From: Candidatus Actinomarinales bacterium | Lineage (GTDB): Bacteria; Actinomycetota; Acidimicrobiia; Actinomarinales; Actinomarinaceae | Assembly (NCBI GenBank): GCA_004213405.1 | Contig: SGYR01000001.1 | Location: forward strand, 8,866-72,865 | Direction: 5' to 3' | Length of the DNA: 64,000 nt | Shown here: in pieces, positions 60,488 to 64,000 of the stretch | Layout of the letters: each line of letters starts with the position of its first letter | How positions within the stretch are numbered: the stretch's first letter is position 1 | The notes under the pieces: model-generated | The model's input: only the letters and a program-made list of their open reading frames with translations | Databases searched by the model: none | Told to the model about the DNA's origin: nothing | Made by a program: the position numbers and the translations under genes

Positions 60488-61714
60488 CTACTCAACTACA
60501 GGTGATTCAAACCTACTGTCATCATCTCTTTCTGATAATGGTACTTTTTGTAGTATTCTATTCAATAATATAGGAGCTATTACAGTAGTGACTATAACCA
60601 TCCATATAATTATTGAAATAATATCACCAGAAATTACATCTGAAAGTGTTGTTGTGGCAACAGCAACGAATATAAGTCCAACTTCGCCTCTTGGTGACAT
60701 TCCAATACCAATAAGAGAAGTGTTAAGGCCTTTGCCCATAGCCCCAAGCGCTGAAACGTATTTGCCAACAAATGCGAGCAAGCTTACCAACATTCCATAT
60801 AAAAACACATCAAGAGAAGCCAAAGTTTGAATGTTTACTTCCGAACCAATGTACACAAAAAATATTGGAACAAGTAAAAAGTTTAGAGGTTTCATCTCTT
60901 CTCTGATTCTATGAGTCATGCCAGATTCACCAGCGACCACTCCTCCCGCAAAGGCTCCAACTATTGGGTGAAGTCCTACAAAATGAGCAGCTGCACCGAG
61001 CAACATTGCAAATATAAAACTACCAGTTACAAATGTTCCGGGTGATGGTATTTTTACGAAAAAATTAAATATTGGTTTTGAAAGTTTTCTTCCAACAAGT
61101 ACTACTGCTAATAAAAAACCTATTGCCTTTGCACTGATAACTCCAAGGTCTACTAATGAGAAATCTCCTGAGCTTCCCAAAACTCCTGCAACAACAGTGA
61201 GAATTAGTAAGCCTAAAATATCATCTACAACCGCTGCTCCAATAATTGTTTTTGCTTCTCTTGATTTTAAAGCACCTAAATCTCCAAACACTCTTGCAGT
61301 AATACCTACTGAGGTAGCTGTCATTGCTGCACCAACGAATAAAGCTACTCCGAACTGATCTTCTCCACCTAAATTTAGTGCATAGATTGACCCAAAACCT
61401 AAAGCAAATGGTGCGACAACACCTATCAGCGCTACAAGAAGAGACGTTGAGCCCAGTTCTATAAACTCGTCTAAATTGGTTTCTAGTCCTACTTCAAACA
61501 ACAAAAGGACTACACCAATCTCCGCTAATGTTGATACGACATCTCCAGATTCAAAATGTGGAAGAAGCCCTAGACCGTAATAACCAATAATAATTCCAAT
61601 AACCAACTCTCCTATTACTGCAGGTTGGTTAATTCTTCTCATTAATTCTGCTCCAAATTTGGCAGCAACTAATATAATCGCAATTTCTAAAAACTTTTCA
61701 ATTATTGTTTCCAT
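60488..61714 (-). CDS. CPA2-family Na+/H+ antiporter (NapA-like)
   Basis: LFEVGLE, ATSVGIT, AAVVDDILG, GMSPRGEV. Confidence 0.9.
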   Translation of the reverse strand: METIIEKFLEIAIILVAAKFGAELMRRINQPAVIGELVIGIIIGYYGLGLLPHFESGDVVSTLAEIGVVLLLFEVGLETNLDEFIELGSTSLLVALIGVVAPFALGFGSIYALNLGGEDQFGVALFVGAAMTATSVGITARVFGDLGALKSREAKTIIGAAVVDDILGLLILTVVAGVLGSSGDFSLVDLGVISAKAIGFLLAVVLVGRKLSKPIFNFFVKIPSPGTFVTGSFIFAMLLGAAAHFVGLHPIVGAFAGGVVAGESGMTHRIREEMKPLNFLLVPIFFVYIGSEVNIQTLASLDVFLYGMLVSLLAFVGKYVSALGAMGKGLNTSLIGIGMSPRGEVGLIFVAVATTTLSDVISGDIISIIIWMVIVTTVIAPILLNRILQKVPLSERDDDSRFESPVVE

Positions 61715-61762
61715 GATGTTTTATTCTAAATGAGCAGAGATTAAATGATAATAAATTAAAAA

Positions 61763-63064
61763 ATGAAAAAAGAATCAAAAAAAAATTTTAATTTACTTTT
61801 AACTGCTTCGGCATTTAGTAATTTAGCTGATGGAATAGCTGGTTTTGCATACCCTTGGCTTTTTACACTAATAACTCGAGATCCATTATTAATTTCTTTA
61901 ATGACAGTTTTAGTAACACTTCCACAGTTGATATTTGTTTTGTTTGCAGGTGTAATTGCAGATAAGTTCAATAGAAAAAGTATCTTAATTTTTTCAAGAA
62001 TTTTTCAAGTGCTACTTACTTCGTCATTTATATTTCTTATTTATTTTAACTTAGATTTCATTCCAAAAAATGTGCCGATTGTTGAGCCAGAGTTCAACAG
62101 AAAATTCTTATTAATAACAGCTTTCTATATTGGTGCATTTATTTTTGGAATGCTCGAGGTTACAAGAGATAACGCTGCCCAATCTTTTTTACCTCAAGTT
62201 GTTTCAAAAGATGATTTACCTAAATCAAATGGAAGACTGTTTGGTATTGAGTTGGTTGCGAATAATTTTCTAGGCGCACCAATTGCAGGTTTTTTAATTG
62301 GTCTTAGTTTAGTTACCCCGTTTATTTTCGATACAGTTCTATTGCTTTTGTCTGTTTTCTTTATTACTGCAATAAAAGGTGATTTTGATAGACCCAAAAA
62401 GGATATTGACAACCAAAAAACAATTAATCTAATTAAGGAAGGGGTTAGTTGGTTAAGTAATCAAATTCTTCTTCGTCGTCTTGCAATTTATACTGGAATT
62501 GCAAACTTCTTTGGTTCAATGCAGTTTCCAATAATGATTTTATTTGGTCAAGAGATACTGGGGTTGGATTCTGTTCAATTTGCTTTTTTGGCATATGGTG
62601 GAGCTGTTGGAGGTTTTGTAGGAAGCCTTCTTGCTGAAAAAATTAACAAAAGGTTAGAAGAATCTAAAACATTACTAATTTCAATCGCTTTATTTGGAAT
62701 AGGGGGCTTTGTACCTTTTATCACTTCGAATTCTTTTGTTGTGGCTGCTGCTTTTGGAGTTACAAGCTTTGGAAGTGTTCTTTGGAATGTTCAAGCGGTA
62801 TCAATAAGACAGGCTCTAATTCCAGATAAATTAATGGGTAGAGTTAACAGTGTTTATAGATTGCTAGCCCTTGGATTAACCCCTCTGGGTGCCTTATTTG
62901 GTGGTTTTGTAGTAAAAATAATGGAAAATTCTTTTTCCAGAGAATTTGCATTAAGATTTCCTTTTCTAATTTGTGGAATATTCATGTTTATTCTTTTTTT
63001 GACCGTACCTAAACTTTTATCTCAAAAATTAATCAATAAAACAAAAAACATCACTATGGATTAA
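61763..63064 (+). CDS. MFS transporter (DHA3-like)
   Basis: SNLADGI, GVIADKFNRK, LMGRVNSVYR. Confidence 0.88.
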   Translation: MKKESKKNFNLLLTASAFSNLADGIAGFAYPWLFTLITRDPLLISLMTVLVTLPQLIFVLFAGVIADKFNRKSILIFSRIFQVLLTSSFIFLIYFNLDFIPKNVPIVEPEFNRKFLLITAFYIGAFIFGMLEVTRDNAAQSFLPQVVSKDDLPKSNGRLFGIELVANNFLGAPIAGFLIGLSLVTPFIFDTVLLLLSVFFITAIKGDFDRPKKDIDNQKTINLIKEGVSWLSNQILLRRLAIYTGIANFFGSMQFPIMILFGQEILGLDSVQFAFLAYGGAVGGFVGSLLAEKINKRLEESKTLLISIALFGIGGFVPFITSNSFVVAAAFGVTSFGSVLWNVQAVSIRQALIPDKLMGRVNSVYRLLALGLTPLGALFGGFVVKIMENSFSREFALRFPFLICGIFMFILFLTVPKLLSQKLINKTKNITMD

Positions 63065-63096
63065 ATGCAGAAAAAATTATATAATTTATATCTGAA

Positions 63097-64000
63097 ATGG
63101 GAAAAACATTATTTGAAAAAATCTGGGATAGACACTTAGTTGCGTCTATAGATGAGAGTACAAATTTAGTCTTCATAGATTTACATCTTGTACATGAAGT
63201 AACATCCCCTCAGGCATTTGACAGCTTAAGGCTAGCTGGTAGAAAAGTTAAACATCCTGAAATGACTCTTGCAACGGTAGACCATGGTGTCCCAACTTCA
63301 AATAGGCTACTCGGAATAAAAGATCCGCTTTCTAAAATCCAGATTGAAGCTTTAGAAAATAATTGTAAGGAATTTGGAGTTACGTTATTTGGTATTAATG
63401 ATCCACGTCAAGGAATCGTACATGTGATAGGACCAGAACAAGGAATAACACAACCAGGAATGACAATTGTTTGTGGTGATAGTCATACAGCAACTCATGG
63501 AGCATTTGGAGCATTGGCTTTTGGTATAGGAACTTCAGAAGTTGAACATGTTTTAGCTACACAAACATTGGCAATGGAAAAACCCAAAACAATGAAAGTT
63601 GAAGTAATTGGAAATGTATCTGAAGGTGTAGGGCCAAAAGATATAATTTTAGGAATAATCAGAAAAATTGGAACTGGTGGAGGTGCTGGCCATGTCATTG
63701 AATATGCAGGTGATGTTATACAAAATATGAGTATGGAAAACAGAATGACTATTTGCAACATGTCGATTGAAGGTGGCGCACGTGCAGGAATGATTGCTCC
63801 AGATGAAATAACTTTCAATTACTTAAAAGAAAAAAATTATGCTCCGAAAGGTTCTGACTGGGATGATGCAGTTACTGAATGGGAAAATTTATACTCTGAT
63901 GAAGATGCTGAATTTGATAAAGTTGTAACAATAAACGCAGACGAACTTGAACCATCTATATCATGGGGAACAAATCCTTCACAGGTAATTTTTGTAAATG
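63097..64000 (+). CDS. leuC: 3-isopropylmalate dehydratase large subunit (truncated by window edge)
   Basis: Manual translation [13 protein letters not shown]...[12 protein letters not shown]...[13 protein letters not shown]...[10 protein letters not shown]. Confidence 0.96.
   Translation, partial: MGKTLFEKIWDRHLVASIDESTNLVFIDLHLVHEVTSPQAFDSLRLAGRKVKHPEMTLATVDHGVPTSNRLLGIKDPLSKIQIEALENNCKEFGVTLFGINDPRQGIVHVIGPEQGITQPGMTIVCGDSHTATHGAFGALAFGIGTSEVEHVLATQTLAMEKPKTMKVEVIGNVSEGVGPKDIILGIIRKIGTGGGAGHVIEYAGDVIQNMSMENRMTICNMSIEGGARAGMIAPDEITFNYLKEKNYAPKGSDWDDAVTEWENLYSDEDAEFDKVVTINADELEPSISWGTNPSQVIFVN

Overview
AT-rich, gene-dense bacterial chromosome segment with very short or overlapping intergenic gaps. 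Gene content (Rex, CarD, DisA, PimB-like GT4, the tilS-hpt-ftsH-fol-pan-coaX-lysS-clpC cluster, Thr-rich lipoprotein linkers) suggests a streamlined low-GC actinobacterium such as marine Acidimicrobiia/Ca. Actinomarinales; this is an inference. It is mostly core genome: nuoA-G(partial), Liv-type and nucleoside ABC systems with salvage enzymes, tRNA-Thr(UGU), cysS/ispF/carD/disA, folate/CoA genes, metK/metY, tmk/holB/topA, a membrane PPase with a CPA2 antiporter, and leuC(partial). No mobile elements, prophage or CRISPR were seen. The best signals are non-coding. First, a candidate stand-alone ~90-nt structured RNA at ~43790-43875 has its own sigma70-type promoter, two UCGCAAGA-capped hairpins and a terminator. 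Second, two compact SAM-I/IV-type riboswitches with covarying pseudoknots precede metK and metY. Third, a perfect Rex operator precedes nuoA, and leaderless gene architecture is widespread. Also notable are a frameshifted membrane protein gene, degenerate FolE/FolP with a pseudophosphatase in the folate operon, and an unusual TopA C-terminus.
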